Below, one piece after another: positions 27,260 to 40,312 of a stretch of DNA of 64,000 bases. This stretch comes from Octopus vulgaris (lineage: Eukaryota). The position numbers and the translations under genes are program-made. Each line of letters opens with the position of its first letter. Position 1 is the stretch's first letter. The notes under the pieces were generated by a model, which saw nothing but the letters and a program-made list of their open reading frames with translations, had not been told where the DNA came from and searched no databases. The DNA lies in assembly GCA_951406725.2 (NCBI GenBank), contig OX597815.1, forward strand, positions 106,268,001 through 106,332,000. The letters run 5' to 3'.

Positions 27260-27860
27260 GCTTTGTATGTGACAGATGCACTGAAACAATACATATAATG
27301 AGCACACCAGAAATCGATTCTCTTAAATGCTCAGATGGCTCATTAGAAGTAGTTGAGAACTTCTGTTTCCTAGGATACATAATTAGCAGGGGAAATGGTT
27401 ATTCAGAAAGAACAGTCACCAGGCTAAGGACAAATTGGAAAGAAGCTCAGGAAGCTATTACTACTGCTGCTGACAAAGATACTTTCCTCTCAGAGTGAGA
27501 AGAGCAGATTGTATGACATGATAGAATGTGAAGTTGCATGGTAGTGAGATATGGGCATTGAATATAGAAAATTTGCAAAGACTAGAATGAAATGAAGCCA
27601 ACATGCTGCAATGGATGTATACTATTAGTGTACATGAACATGAGAGAGCAAAAATGAAATAAGAGGAATCAGATGTAGAGGCTGCGCTAGAACAGGTATG
27701 TGAAGCATATAGGGGATGATTGTTGTATACAAAAGTGCTGAGCACTCCAAGTTAGTGGAAGCTGTAGAAGAGAAACACAAAGACTCCAGACAAAGCAGTG
27801 ATGGCTAAATTGAAGACACTGCATTGCACAAAAGAGATAACCTAAGACCATAATGGTTAG
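27260..27860 (+). mobile_element. Degraded RTE ORF 3' fragment
   Basis: LEVVENFCFLGYIISRG, LHGSEIWAL remnants with stops and frameshifts. Confidence 0.7.
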
Positions 27861-28945
27861 TGCTACAGATGACCAATCACCTATGGCAAAACATACCTTG
27901 AGATATGAGAAGTGTTTTAGAAGCCATATCATATATATATTTGTTCTCTGCCATGCCCACCTTACCACTCAGAACTCACTTTGTATCTTCCACCTCCTTC
28001 TTACTTTACATCCTTCTCCTCCTCTCATTTTTTCATCTTTCATAGCCCCCATCTCCCCCACCCCATCTCTCTACTGCTTGGACAGACTACATCATCTACT
28101 TCACTCTGATTCCCTTCTCATCCTTCTCTGAACCCACATATAAGAGGCTGCATCAGACATTCTCACCCACACCACACCTATTCTTGCCTTTATCTCATTA
28201 CCCACTCTTTCTTTCTCTCACTGCTCTTGTTGCATTTAACCACTGCCACTCCTACCCCTTTCTCTCACCTTTCTTTCTCCATAGCCATCCCACCTAGGAT
28301 GCTTTCTCTGCATTCACATTCAATCACCCTCTACCATTCAGCTTCTCTTTCTTTTATTGCTCTCCCTGCACTCACCCACTACTTCCCAACTCTCAGCCTT
28401 GTTTTTCTCTCTGTTTTCTCCCAACAGTTTCTCCATCCTGTCAACTCTGACCCTAACCTACTCTTTGGACTCCTACACCTCTCTTGCCTTCAGTAACTCA
28501 CCTAGTTTCTTGCTCCTCCCCCTCTTCTATATTCCCCTTTTTTGTTCCTTCATACCTTTCATCTATTTAACAACCAGTGTGGGTTGATTTGTGTCCCTGT
28601 AATTTAATTCAGCAAAGGAATAAATACCAGACATAAAATTGATCAAGGCAGTTCCCAAGGATGGTCACAGCCCAATGAGTGAAACAAGTAAAAGAATTAA
28701 AAAAATATTCATCAGGAGATGAAAGTCAGTGAGCATGACCTTCACAGGTCTTTCTCCCAAGGTTGATGAGACTGATGTTCCAAATGCCCAACCTGAACAT
28801 CTGTGGATTAATATCTGAGAGAAAAACATATAGGTGAACAAAACTGTGAAGTTATATTGAAGTGAAAACCACTAAATGCACTGAATAATCAGAATTTAGC
28901 ATCAAACTGGAACAATTCTGGCTGGAAATCAAGAGATTTTTTAAA

Positions 28946-29415
28946 TTTCTTTATTGCCCACAAGGGGCTAAACATAGAAGGGACAAACAAAGGGATTAAG
29001 TCGATTACATCGACCCCAGTGCATAACTGGTATTTAATTTATTGATCCCGAAAGGATGAAAGGCAAAGTCGACCTCGGTGGAAATTGAACTCAGAACATA
29101 ACAGTAGACGAAATACCTATTTCTTTATTACCCACAAGGGGCTAAACATAGATGGGACAAACAAGGACAGACATAGGTATTAAGTCGATTCCATCGACCC
29201 CAGTGCGTAACTGGTACTTAATTTATCGACCTCGAAAGGATGAAAGGTAAAGTCGACCTCGGCGGAATTTGAACTCACAGCGTAACGACAGACGAAATAC
29301 GGCTACACATTTCACCCGGCGTGCTAACGTTTCTGCCAGCTCGCCGCCTTTAGTAGACGAAATACCACAAAGCATTTCGCCCGGCATGCTAACATTTCTG
29401 CCAGCTCGCCATCTT
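28946..29415 (-). mobile_element. tRNA-derived SINE with a second copy of the same family (29118-29351) nested inside it
   Basis: Head aaggcggcgagctggcagaaacgttagc, B-box gagttcaaattcc on - strand; 15-bp TSD agtagacgaaatacc at 29103-29117 and 29352-29366. Confidence 0.88.
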
Positions 29416-29539
29416 AAATCAAAAGATTTCTAGTCTACTGCATCCCCATACCCATGAAAATACATTTTTTCCTTAGACTAAGTTGAAAAGAAAATTAAAG
29501 AGCATAACAATGTCATACTATATTGTTAAGTTTACTTAC

Positions 29540-29659
29540 ATGAAAATCAATATTTTCAAATTTGTATTTGAGGTTTTCTAATCCAAAGAAACGGACAGTG
29601 ATAATATAATTGGAATAATCCAAAAATCCCAAGTGCATCAAAATTAGGTCATCACATTT
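29540..29659 (-). CDS. TMEM181: TMEM181 exon (KCDDLILMHLGFLDYSNYIITVRFFGLENLKYKFENIDFH)
   Basis: ttgttgtag/gtaagt, 120 nt phase 0/0; C...HLGxLxY motif of the luminal domain. Confidence 0.95.
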
Positions 29660-31451
29660 CTACAACAATCATAAAATCAAAAATTAATCATAAAATATAA
29701 TATTTTGTACATTTTATTGACAACAGTTTTATAATTTCAGAAAATTTATCTCAATTATAATTGTAGAACTGTACATAATGTTCAAGAAATCTCATAATAG
29801 CAAAAATAAAATTGATTTAGTAAAAGTTTAAGGGAGAATTTTTTTAAAATTCTATTGTTATACTTGGGGATGGTCATATTTTGCCAATTAAACACATGCA
29901 CTATATATTTGGTCTTCACTTTAGCTTTATTGTTATTTTATTTTTTTTTGTCAAAGTTCTTTTGTCACACATTCTGTGACCTCTTCAGCAACTCTCTATC
30001 CCACAAACAGGTGAGAGGGTTCTATTACATGATTTTTTTATTGCTAACCACTCAGTTGTGATGTAGAGAGTAGAAATTGTTTTATGATTATCGTAAGCTC
30101 CAATTTAAGATAGGCAAAAAGCAACAGGCCTAACAATAGGACTTGAACCATGCTTGTATCTATCACTTGGTTAGTAACTACATTGCTAATAACAATTCAC
30201 AATATTTGACATTCCATCTTTTCAAATTAGGTTCTATAAATGTATTTTCTGCTATTTTTAACTATACTTCATATTTCGATTGATAGGGTTTATTTCTCAT
30301 CAGAAATATTAGACTGAGGTAGAACACCTTGCAATGTTGGATATTAATAAAATAACTTATCCTGCTAACACTGACTGATTAATAGCCATCATCATCGTCA
30401 TCACAATCATTATCTTTCTTACATCTGTATCCCATGCTAGCATGGATTGGAGGGTCATCACAGTTACAAGTCATTTCTTAATGGGAGCTGCTGCTCCCAA
30501 AGACTGATAATTGTTCATGTCATTTGGCTTGTTTGCAATGACTCAATGCCCTTATCATCACCAAACATTTTACAGAGTGTACTGGTGCATTTCTACATAT
30601 ATCATCCACTCCCAGTGGAGACTTTCTTTAGTAACAAGGGATAATCCTTTAGTCTTTCTCTTTATATAAAACTAGAAAAAATTCAACCACAATAACAATA
30701 ATTTAGAGAAAATAAAAAAAAACCCTCTATGATTACTCAAGGATTAATGTTTTAATAATCAGATTAGCTGTTTAGTGGTGAAGGTTGAAAATAGCAGCTA
30801 ATAACCGATTTGTAAGGTATATAAGTACTGTACAGCATTGGAAGAGAGGGAAAACTAGGTCCTGTTATATTCGTGCTTTTCCCAAAGTCACCATTGACAT
30901 AAATGAAAAATATCCAAGAAGAAATTGAAACTAAATCATAAATTAATCTATTATTACTATGGCACTTGTCACAAAAATATGGTTGGCTGAGATAGTTTTT
31001 GCTTGTCTTTTTTTTAAAGAAAAAAATGTTATAATTATTTTTATAAAAAATTATCTTTTAAATACCCACAAAATTTTAATGAAAATGCGATAAACTATGT
31101 TTAAGTTAACCTCAGTACACTACAAAAAGGTGTAAATTTCAATTACCAAAGAACATTTAGATTATAAATCTTTTTTTTTTTGAAAGATACCACATAAGTA
31201 CTCAAAGATGAGCCCAGCATGGCTTTAGTTGTAATAGCGAAAACAAACTAAAGATTAAACACAAAATGTATGAGAAGCCAGACATTTGGCAAAAAAAATT
31301 CTAAGTTCAACTCCTCAGACAAAAACATCTTTGAGATTAGAACACTGCATATTCTCTGAGCCAGAAACTGTGTTCTATAGTCTGTTACATAACTCTCACC
31401 ATGCATTAGCTGACTAATCTACACTACAAATACATTATTACATATATTTAT

Positions 31452-31608
31452 AGGTGTAAGTGTGACAGCGTAGTAAGAAGTTTGCTTCTCAACCACATGA
31501 TTCCAGATTCAATCTCACTGCATAACACTTTAGGCAAGTGTCTTCTACTATACCCTAGGACCAATAAAAGCCTTGTGAGTTGAATTCGTAAAAAGAAACT
31601 GTAAGAAA
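31452..31608 (+). mobile_element. tRNA-derived SINE 5' part
   Basis: ggtgtaagtgtgacagcgtagtaagaagtttgcttctcaaccacatg...ggcaagtgtcttctacta. Confidence 0.7.
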
Positions 31609-33050
31609 CATCATCATCAATTAACATCCACTTTCCATGATGGCATGAGTTGGACGGTTTGACTGAGGACTAGCAAGCCAGGAGATTGCAACAGGCTCCA
31701 GCCTGATCTGGCAAGGTTTCTACAGCTGAATGACCTTCCTAATGCCAACTACTCCAAGAGCATAGTGGGTGCTTTTTATATGTCACCAGTACAAGGGCCA
31801 GTCAAGTGGCACTAGCATCGACCATGCTCAAATGGTGGTTTTTATGTGCCACTGGCATGGGAGCCAGTCAGTCCACACTGGTATCGACCAAGTTCAAATG
31901 GTGCTTTTTACATGCCACCCGCATGGGAACCAGTCAGGAAACACTGGCATCAACCATGCACAAATGGTGCTTTTTACATGCCACTGGCACAGGTGCCCAT
32001 CAGGCAGCAACAGAATCAGTCACAACTACGATTCCACTTGACTCAACAGGTCTTTTCAAGCACAGCATATTGTCTGACGATTGAAGGGTACTCTGAAACA
32101 GGGCCAGTTATGCAACACTGCCATCAACCACAGCGACAATCTCACTTGACTTGCCGGGTCTTCTCAATTACAGTATATCTCCAAAGGTTTCGGTAGCTTG
32201 TTATTGCCTCTGTGAGGCCCAACATCCAAAGGTGGTGCTCCACCACCTCATCCCATGTCTTCCAGGATCTACCTCTTCCACAGGTTCCTTACACCGTGAG
32301 GGTGTGACGCTTCTTCACATAGCTGCCCTCATCCATATGCAACATATGACCATACCAGCGCAGTCATCTCTCTTGCACACCACATCTGATGCTTCTTATG
32401 TCCAATTTTTCTCTCAGGGTGCTTACGCTATTGTATATGCACACTGACATTACACATCCAGTAGAGTATACTAGCTTCATTTCTTTCAAGCCTATGCATG
32501 TCCTCAGCAGTCACAGCCCATGTTTCACTGCCATGTAGCATGGCTGTTCGCACACATACATCATACAGTCTATCTTTCACTTTGAGTGAGAAGCGTTTTG
32601 TTACCAGCAGAGGTAGGAGCACCTTGAACTTTGCCCAGGCTCTTCTTATTCTAGCAGCTATACTCTCAGAGCTTGGTCACCTAGGTAACGGAAGCTATCA
32701 ACTACTCTAGTTTTTCCTCCTAGCATGTGATGGAATCTGTTTTCTGTATGCCTTTAGTGTTTATTGCCACTGTGCATCTGCCACACACAAAAACTATCTT
32801 CCCAGTTAACCTTCCTTTGATATTACTGCACCTCTTATATGTCCATAGCTTACACTGGGTACATCATATGGAGTTTCCAGCTATACCTTTTCAACAGAAC
32901 AAGCAGGGCCATCTACCTGAAGGGATTTGTGATTTGTCTGCCTTCTTACTAAGACTTTGGTTTTTGCTAGATTGACTCTAAGGCCCTTCAATTCTAGACC
33001 TTACTTCCACACCTGTAACTTCTCTAGTTCTGGTATCAGAGCAGTTCTAA
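31609..33050 (-). mobile_element. RTE-clade LINE 3' fragment (~1.4 kb) with tandem ~66-bp 3'UTR subrepeats
   Basis: LLPLLVTKRFSLKVKDRLYDVCVRTAMLHGSETWAVTAEDM; repeated ggtgctttttacatgccactggcac units; (cat)n tail. Confidence 0.9.
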
Positions 33051-33111
33051 TTCTGGTATTAGATCAGTTCTAGTTCTGGAATTCAGCTATTAGAGCAAGG
33101 TATGTGTATAT

Positions 33112-33452
33112 ATCATCATCATCATCGTTTAACGTCCGTTTTCCATGTTAGCATGGGTTGGACAGTTCAACTGGGGTCTGGGAAACCAGGAGGCTGCACT
33201 AGGCTCCAGTCTGATCCGGCAGTGTTTCTACAGCTAGATGCCCTTCCTAACGCCAACCACTCCGTGAGTGTAGTGGGTGCTTTTTACATGCCACCGGCAC
33301 AGAGGCCAGAGGAGGCTGGCAACAACCACGATTGGTTAGTGCTTTTACGTGTCACCGACACAGATGCCAGTCAGGCGGCGCTGGCAACTGCCACATTCAG
33401 ATGGTGCTTTTTACGTGTCACCAACACAGGTATCTTAACTACAATTTCCATT
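33112..33452 (-). mobile_element. RTE-derived 3'UTR repeat with (GAT)n tail
   Basis: catcatcatcgtttaacgtccg...gtgctttttacatgccaccggcac. Confidence 0.85.
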
Positions 33453-33499
33453 TGATTTTTATTTTGATATATATATATATATATACACACATACACATA

Positions 33500-33760
33500 T
33501 TCTTTTATTTGTTTCAGTCATTTGACTGCAGCCATGATGGAGTACTGCTTTTAGTCAAACAAATCGACCCCAGGATTTATTCTTTGTAAGCCTCGTACTT
33601 ATCCAATCAGTCTCTTTTGCTGAACCACTAGGTTACGGGGACGTAAACACACCAACATCGGTTGTCAAGCGATGGTGGGGGGAACAAACACAGACACACA
33701 AACATATATACATATGACGGGCTTCTTTCAGTTGCCATCTACCAAATCCACTCACAAGGC
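33500..33760 (-). mobile_element. tRNA-derived SINE 3' part (family of 47261)
   Basis: gtttcagtcatttgactgcagccatg...ggttacggggacgtaaacacacc...taccaaatccactcacaaggc. Confidence 0.8.
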
Positions 33761-33922
33761 ACCCACTACATTCTCAGAGTGGTTGGCGCTAGGAAGGGCA
33801 TCCAGTTGTAGAAACTCTGCCAGATCAGATTGGAGCCTGGTGCAGCCATCTGGTTCGCCAGTCCTCAGTCAAATCGTCCAACCCATGCTAGCATGGAGAG
33901 CAGAGAAACGTTGATGATGATG
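33759..33922 (+). mobile_element. RTE-derived 3' end repeat, inverted relative to 33112-33452
   Basis: gcacccactacattctc...aacccatgctagcatgg...gatgatgatg. Confidence 0.85.
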
Positions 33923-34493
33923 GTTCATTGAGTATATTATGTCTATGATTGTATAATATAAATGTAAAGTGTGAGCTGTGACATGCTGTTCTTGCTTAGT
34001 GTGTATCAGCATTGATCAAGCCATCTTTGTTCAAAGGTACTCCATTTGCTTTGGTGCACATAGGACTATATTACCTAGTGTATCCTTTCCTTTCCCAAGA
34101 CAGTAGGGTGTGAATTAATGGAGAGTTGCTTGCTTTGAGAAGTGTTTGTGTAGAATGTGAAGTGTGTGATAGTATTGTGAAGACTATATTTGTACAAGTT
34201 GTGTTATAATACTGGTAGGTTACACTAAAGAATATAGTGATGGTGAAGTCTAGCATCTGTGGTAACCTTAAGTGTTCACATTTACAGGGTAGGTTGCAAT
34301 AATGTTTAGGTTATATTATAGTACCAAGAGAAGTCTGTAGAATTTTGTGTGAGGCATGTTGTAGTATTGAGAGGTGATAGCATAAAACGTGGTGTATATA
34401 GATAACATTGCAAGTGAAAGGTGTCAACCATTTTAACCAATGAACAAAGAGAAACATATAGATTATAACAAAGTTTGTTAGTTTCCAACTCAC

Positions 34494-34633
34494 ATGAGCA
34501 CATCGTAGGTTTCTTGTGTGGTTGTGGATCTCTCCTGTCAGATTTGGATTGTCAAACAATTCTTTGAGTTTTTCATTTTTTTGAATAGCCCTGATCTGAA
34601 CACTGACTGTGAACTCTTGTTCAAACTTGGCCA
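34494..34633 (-). CDS. TMEM181: TMEM181 exon (MAKFEQEFTVSVQIRAIQKNEKLKELFDNPNLTGEIHNHTRNLRCAH)
   Basis: ttttgcag/gtgagt, 140 nt phase 1/0; HNxTRxLxC motif. Confidence 0.93.
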
Positions 34634-36864
34634 CTGCAAAACCAATGGGACATCTTTAACAAACTGATAAAGTTTTAAGCAATAAAAGGTCAACTAAGAC
34701 ATGATACAATATGTGAACTGTGAGGACTTCTTAAGATTTCAAGGGATTCGTATGAGAAATTGTTTAGAAAATTTTGGTTAAGTATTACAATCCTTTTGAC
34801 TAATAAATAAATAATAGACATTTATAAATAATGGTCAAGATACTTCGTTGTCCTGTAATGGCCCATGAGAGAAGTTGGTCTTTTCCTTAGGCTCATGAGG
34901 ATTTCAGCTCAATACTATAATGTAATGACATACTCATCAATTATGCAAGATTCATAAAGCTTACAACAGTGAGCTGCACCTTGAAACTTTCACAAACACC
35001 ATTACAGATGTAAATTTGAAGACACACAGCACATCTTAGCACAAAAATAATACATATAACACTAAATTGCATTAAAACACACATCTCTGACTGAGTTGAC
35101 TTATAACTCTTCATCAAATATCTCATTCTGCTCCACATACTTCAAGGTAAACAATCCCTCAACACACTAACCACCTCCTATACTTATCATAACACATCTA
35201 CACATCAACAAGCAATGAAAAATCTTTTACAAATTTCAGAATTTCAGTGGCAACAACTCCGTGAGGAAACAATGAAGGTTAGCAGAATTCAACAGTACAA
35301 TCACTAACATAAACACTGCAGAATGCAGATTCAACGAAGTATTTTAGACATATCCAAAAATATCTCTCAAAGTAATATACATCCCAATTAGACATTAAAA
35401 ATAGCTAATCACATAAAAACTAGAGGCAACCTCAAGTACAGGGTACAACAGAAAAACCAAATTCACATTCTTGGCCATGTAAAATGTGGGAGCTTTTCTC
35501 GCAACACTATGCACTATATACATAATACTACACACAACCTAACTAAATAACTCAGCAGTAAACAACTAAAAATAAGAAATAAAGAAAATAAATCATAGAA
35601 AAATTTCCACACTTTTATTCAACATAAACTACAAAACAGTAAAATACTATTAGCACCAACAACAATAATGGCCAATCCTTAAATAACATACACACCATCA
35701 CCAAGCAAACATCCACATTAAACAAATATTTCTGGAAAATTAGTCACTAAAATTCACCTAATGAAGAAAAGAACATGTGTAAAACATGCACCTTCTCCTT
35801 AGACCATTATTTTGACATTGTTCATATCAGACACCTCAAAAGCAATAGTGAATTCTAAAATCTTAAGTCTCAGGCTCTGACAAAATGTCAAACTTACATC
35901 TGAAACATTTAGGATTTGAAGGAGTCACTGCACTTACCAACATTACCAATATCTAAAACTACTCCTATCAATACTATCAGAATCTGGAAACTAGAAAAAA
36001 ATCATATATTTTATTCATTCTAACAAAAATCCAAATGAACTACTATGATACTGACATATCACCCTGCATACTTACAAATAATTTTTTAAAAATTAAATTT
36101 TGATTAACCCTCATTCCCTTCACCAAATTACAACAGAGATTCAGACCACTATACGTAACAACCAAACCACACACAAGTCTATATCACAAAGAAAACATGA
36201 AGGCTCCAACAAGAATAATTTTTTTAAAATCACCATTTTAACAAACTTTCAACTCCATTCCCCATTATCCATTTATCACCCACTCTTTTCAACCTATACT
36301 TACAAGATCTTCCCCCACCTCAAAAAATATTCACACACGCTTATACATAGGTAACATCATTCTTACATTCTGCAACTATTCTCCAAACTCAGCAGTACTA
36401 GAAGACAAAAATTCCAGAAGTTATGTACAACACTTCCACAGCATTCACAATACATACAGAAAAGAAAGAAAAAACAAAGCACAAACATATTTACAGCATT
36501 CACAGAAAGAAACCACAATAATGTACAAATATTACATTAGATCTACCATGGATAACCCCAGTGCCGTCTGAACCTCCAATCTCTCCACAACAAACTACAA
36601 ACAACATATAACATCGTATTTTGCATCAATACAACTATGTAGACCATACCAACAGCTCAGCTACACAGGGAAATAGAAATATTGAAAATAAAAGACCATT
36701 TAGACATGACATATGAAAGATGCAGTTTGTTGCTACAGCAAACTCTAACCCCTATAGTCCATGCCTCTACATGAAAAACTATCTTCAAACATGCAGACAT
36801 ATACAACACCCAGAACACATACACACAGAAATAGCTGTACCATAAAAAGGCCTAACACCAAATG

Positions 36865-37165
36865 GTGTTGTGGAGGCACATGGCCTAGTGGTTAGAGCAG
36901 CGGACTCGCGGTCGAGGGATCGCGGGTTCAAATCTCAGACTGGACAATGTGTGTGTTTATGCGCGAAACACCTAAGCTCCACACGGCTCCAGCAGAAAGT
37001 AATGGTGAAACTTCTGACTCTTTCGCCACAACTTTCTCTCACTCTTTCCTCCTGCATCTTGCAGCTCACCTGCGATGGACCGGTGTCCCGTCCAGGTGAG
37101 GAACCTATACGCCAAGAAACCAGGAAATCAGCCCTTATGAGCCAGGCATGGCTCGAGAAGGAACA
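36865..37165 (+). mobile_element. Young tRNA-derived SINE with 11-bp TSD
   Basis: A-box tggcctagtgg, B-box ggttcaaatct, CpG-rich; aacaccaaatg duplicated at 36854-36864 and 37166-37176. Confidence 0.88.
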
Positions 37166-37721
37166 AACACCAAATGCTGAGATAAGATGCACACCACCAA
37201 CAATACATGCAAAGAAACAGCAATTGCTATGCTTTGACAAAGTTGACTTTCCACCAACAGGTGTACAGCAGCAGATATGGCCAGAAATAGATGTATAGGT
37301 GTACAGAAATAGACATGTCACACTGTACTACATGCTACTGCATGTCAAAGTATGTACTAGGGTTCTAAACTAGACATTAGCATAGAACAAAGATCTCTCA
37401 GTTGCACCTAGTCTTTCAGCTCAATACCTGAACATCATAGATTCACTCAATCAGACCTAGGACTATGCAACAACAATCTATTTGTAGTTAAATGGCTTAT
37501 GCCACTGAGAATTAAATATTGGTAGATAGAGCAGACACTACCTTAGTTTATAGCATAACTAAAATATACAGATATTTGTTTCCTCAATAAGACAAATAAA
37601 AAAATTTATTGGCACACACAAAAGAAAAAAAAGCTTCCCACCAACTATAAACATCTCCTTCTCTCTTTCCACAACTGGAAACACTTATTTCCAGTTGTGA
37701 ATAATATAGGTTAATTAGCTA

Positions 37722-37767
<46 letters not shown>

Positions 37768-38494
37768 TCACTCACAAAGATCAATATGCTAAAAATTAGT
37801 TGAAATTTTACAGATGTTGAACAAACATTCATTAAAATTATTGGAATTATCTCTCTCTTTAACCAAGCTTTCTATAGAGAAATTAATTATAGAGCTGATA
37901 TACTTTTACTACTCAGCTCACCTGAATTTTCCACTTCATGTAAGTTAACAGTCTACATCCAAATGAGCAATATATCAGCATAAATGATATGCATTTTGAG
38001 TTTATACTAGGAAAAAGTACAGCAGATGCCATATTAATTGTGAGATAATTTAAAGAGTATTTAGCTAGAGATAAGCTCTAAAACCCAGCAATCATCAACC
38101 TAGGACAGGATTTCATAAGGAAACTAGGAATAGATGAATGGCTTGTGAGGGCCATGCAAGTAAATAAAGTGAGAGTCAATAAAGAGAAGAGGTGGAGTTG
38201 TTTATTTGCCCAGAGAAGTAAAAATGTTACATTTGAAACAAGGATGTCCATGACAGTGGTGTAAAAGTTACACAAGTCAATTTCTCTGGCTTCTGCCACC
38301 AAAAGTGAGGATCTGGTGGCTACCCTATTGTTGTTTTTTACATTCAAATATTAAAAGAAAAAAATGTTTAAATCCTTTTAGTCACTTAAGTGAAATGAAA
38401 TTAACACTGATATAGGCACAGACATGGCTATGTAGTTAAGACATTCACTTTGCAGCCACATGGTTTTCTATTTCCCATAACTTAGCAGTTTGAC

Positions 38495-39140
38495 ATCATC
38501 ATCATCATCATCAACAGACATTTTCCATGCTGGTATGGGTTGGATGGTTTGACAGGAGCTGGCCAGACTCCAGTTGTCTGTTTTGGCATAGTTTCTACGG
38601 CTCGATGCCCTTCCTAATGCCAGCCACTTTACAGAGTGTGCTGGGTACTTTTTGCATGGGTGCATTTACATAGCACCAGCACAAGTGCATTTTATGTGGC
38701 ATGGGCACCTGCAAGGCAAAGACTTCTCAGCTGGGAGAGGGAGTGGGGGCAAGGCCAAAAAGGACATGCCTGTATGTATGGATGACCACAATTTTACTTA
38801 GCTTGAAGCATCTTAAGTACAGTAAATCACCACACATCCTGGTCCCTTGTCATCTCCTTAGTGAGACCCAGCATCTGAAGATCCTTTCTCACCACTTCAT
38901 CCCACGTCTTCCTGGGTCAACCCCTTTCAATGGTTCCCTCTACATTTAGAGATCAGCACTTCTTTAAGTAGCTGTCTTCATCCATATGCATCACACAACC
39001 ATACCAGTATAGTCTTCTCTCTTGCACACAATTTTCCTCTTACATCATTTACACTCTGTTGAATATGCACACTGACATTACCCATCCAGTAGAGCATGCT
39101 GGCTTCAATTCTTTCAAGTTTTCATAAGTCCTCTGTAGTA
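38495..39140 (-). mobile_element. Degraded RTE 3' fragment with (CAT)n tail
   Basis: Tail, subrepeat and ORF remnants homologous to 40278-41430. Confidence 0.75.
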
Positions 39141-39384
39141 ATACCCCATCAATAAAATAAGTAATGAACTTAAAATGTCAATATGAGCGATCCTTGCAGA
39201 TAATGTTCCAGCATGGCCACAGCTGAATGCATGTAACCAGTAAAAGAGTAAAAAAATATTGTAATTCTGGGTCTTACACACTAAAAAGAAACAAGTGTTA
39301 CATTTTCAATTTTTTATTCTTGCAACCATACTTATATGTCTCTTTGAAAGTCTATAACATCACATTTAAATAATCAAGTAAATG

Positions 39385-39803
39385 GGATCTTATCGGTTTG
39401 AACGGCAGTTTTTTTAAATAATTTCCACGTAACTAAACACTTTTAAACTTCGTATACTGGTAGAATGTGTTTATAAAATATCTTTTTCTCTTGGCTTTAT
39501 TGAGAAAATTCTATAGTTTGTAAGATATTTGTTGTTTTTTTTCTTCAATTTCTGCAATTTCAACCAATCAATGACGTCTATTGAGGTGAAAACATTCTGT
39601 GCCACATGAATATGTCCCTCGTTTAAGAAACAGATTGGGTTTATTTACATTTCTGAAGAAAAAAAGATACCCTTCCCCAACCCCTAACTAACCCTAACCC
39701 TAAAACAGATTGAAATGCAATAGATCGATACTAGGGTCATAATTATGGATGACAATTTCATATGACACCACTAGAAAAACTGCCGTTCAAACCGAAAAAA
39801 TCC
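39385..39803. mobile_element. MITE (419 bp) with ~29-bp TIRs and 8-bp TSD; superfamily uncertain (Merlin/MULE/hAT-like)
   Basis: ggatcttatcggtttgaacggcagttttt ... aaaaactgccgttcaaaccgaaaaaatcc; agtaaatg at 39377-39384 and 39804-39811. Confidence 0.88.
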
Positions 39804-39904
39804 AGTAAATGTCTTAATTGATTATTTTGTCAATGTAAAATGAAAATCACAAAATTCAATAATAGATTATGTAATGTTGCTAGTTTATTTAATATCATAC
39901 TTAC

Positions 39905-39995
39905 TTCCAGCATTGTCAGCATCAATACTACCAATTAACCATAACTGTTGATGAAATGTTGACATGGGTGGTGATTTCAAATGAAAAGGCCCAGT
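39905..39995 (-). CDS. TMEM181: TMEM181 exon (TGPFHLKSPPMSTFHQQLWLIGSIDADNAG)
   Basis: ttttttag/gtaagt, 91 nt phase 0/1; STxxQQLWL motif. Confidence 0.95.
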
Positions 39996-40276
39996 CTAAA
40001 AAATGGTTTTAAAAAAAACATTTATGCGTTAGCTTCTTCTGGCAGAGTATAAGATCAATTTATAAGGCAGAGAAGAATGTATAAATCAACACCAGTACAT
40101 TACTAATAGTTGCTTTATCAAGTCTAGAAAGATGTAAAGGTCTGAACCCATGGTAAGATGTGAACCTAGAACATAAAGATGATAATGTTAATACTTTTTG
40201 TAATTATTCTTTTAACTTCTGTTTTCCTTTTGTTTCAATTATCTCAAATTTAGAAATTGTTTTATATTGCTAGATG

Positions 40277-40277
<1 letters not shown>

Positions 40278-40312
<35 letters not shown>

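Noticed and set aside
27950-28570. Pyrimidine-rich tract with overlapping ORFs (mirrored by purine-rich 43860-44310)
   Set aside because: Low-complexity sequence adjoining decayed RTE fragments; no coding signal
36870-36950. Possible tRNA gene
   Set aside because: No convincing acceptor stem or poly-T terminator; continues into a SINE body flanked by a TSD
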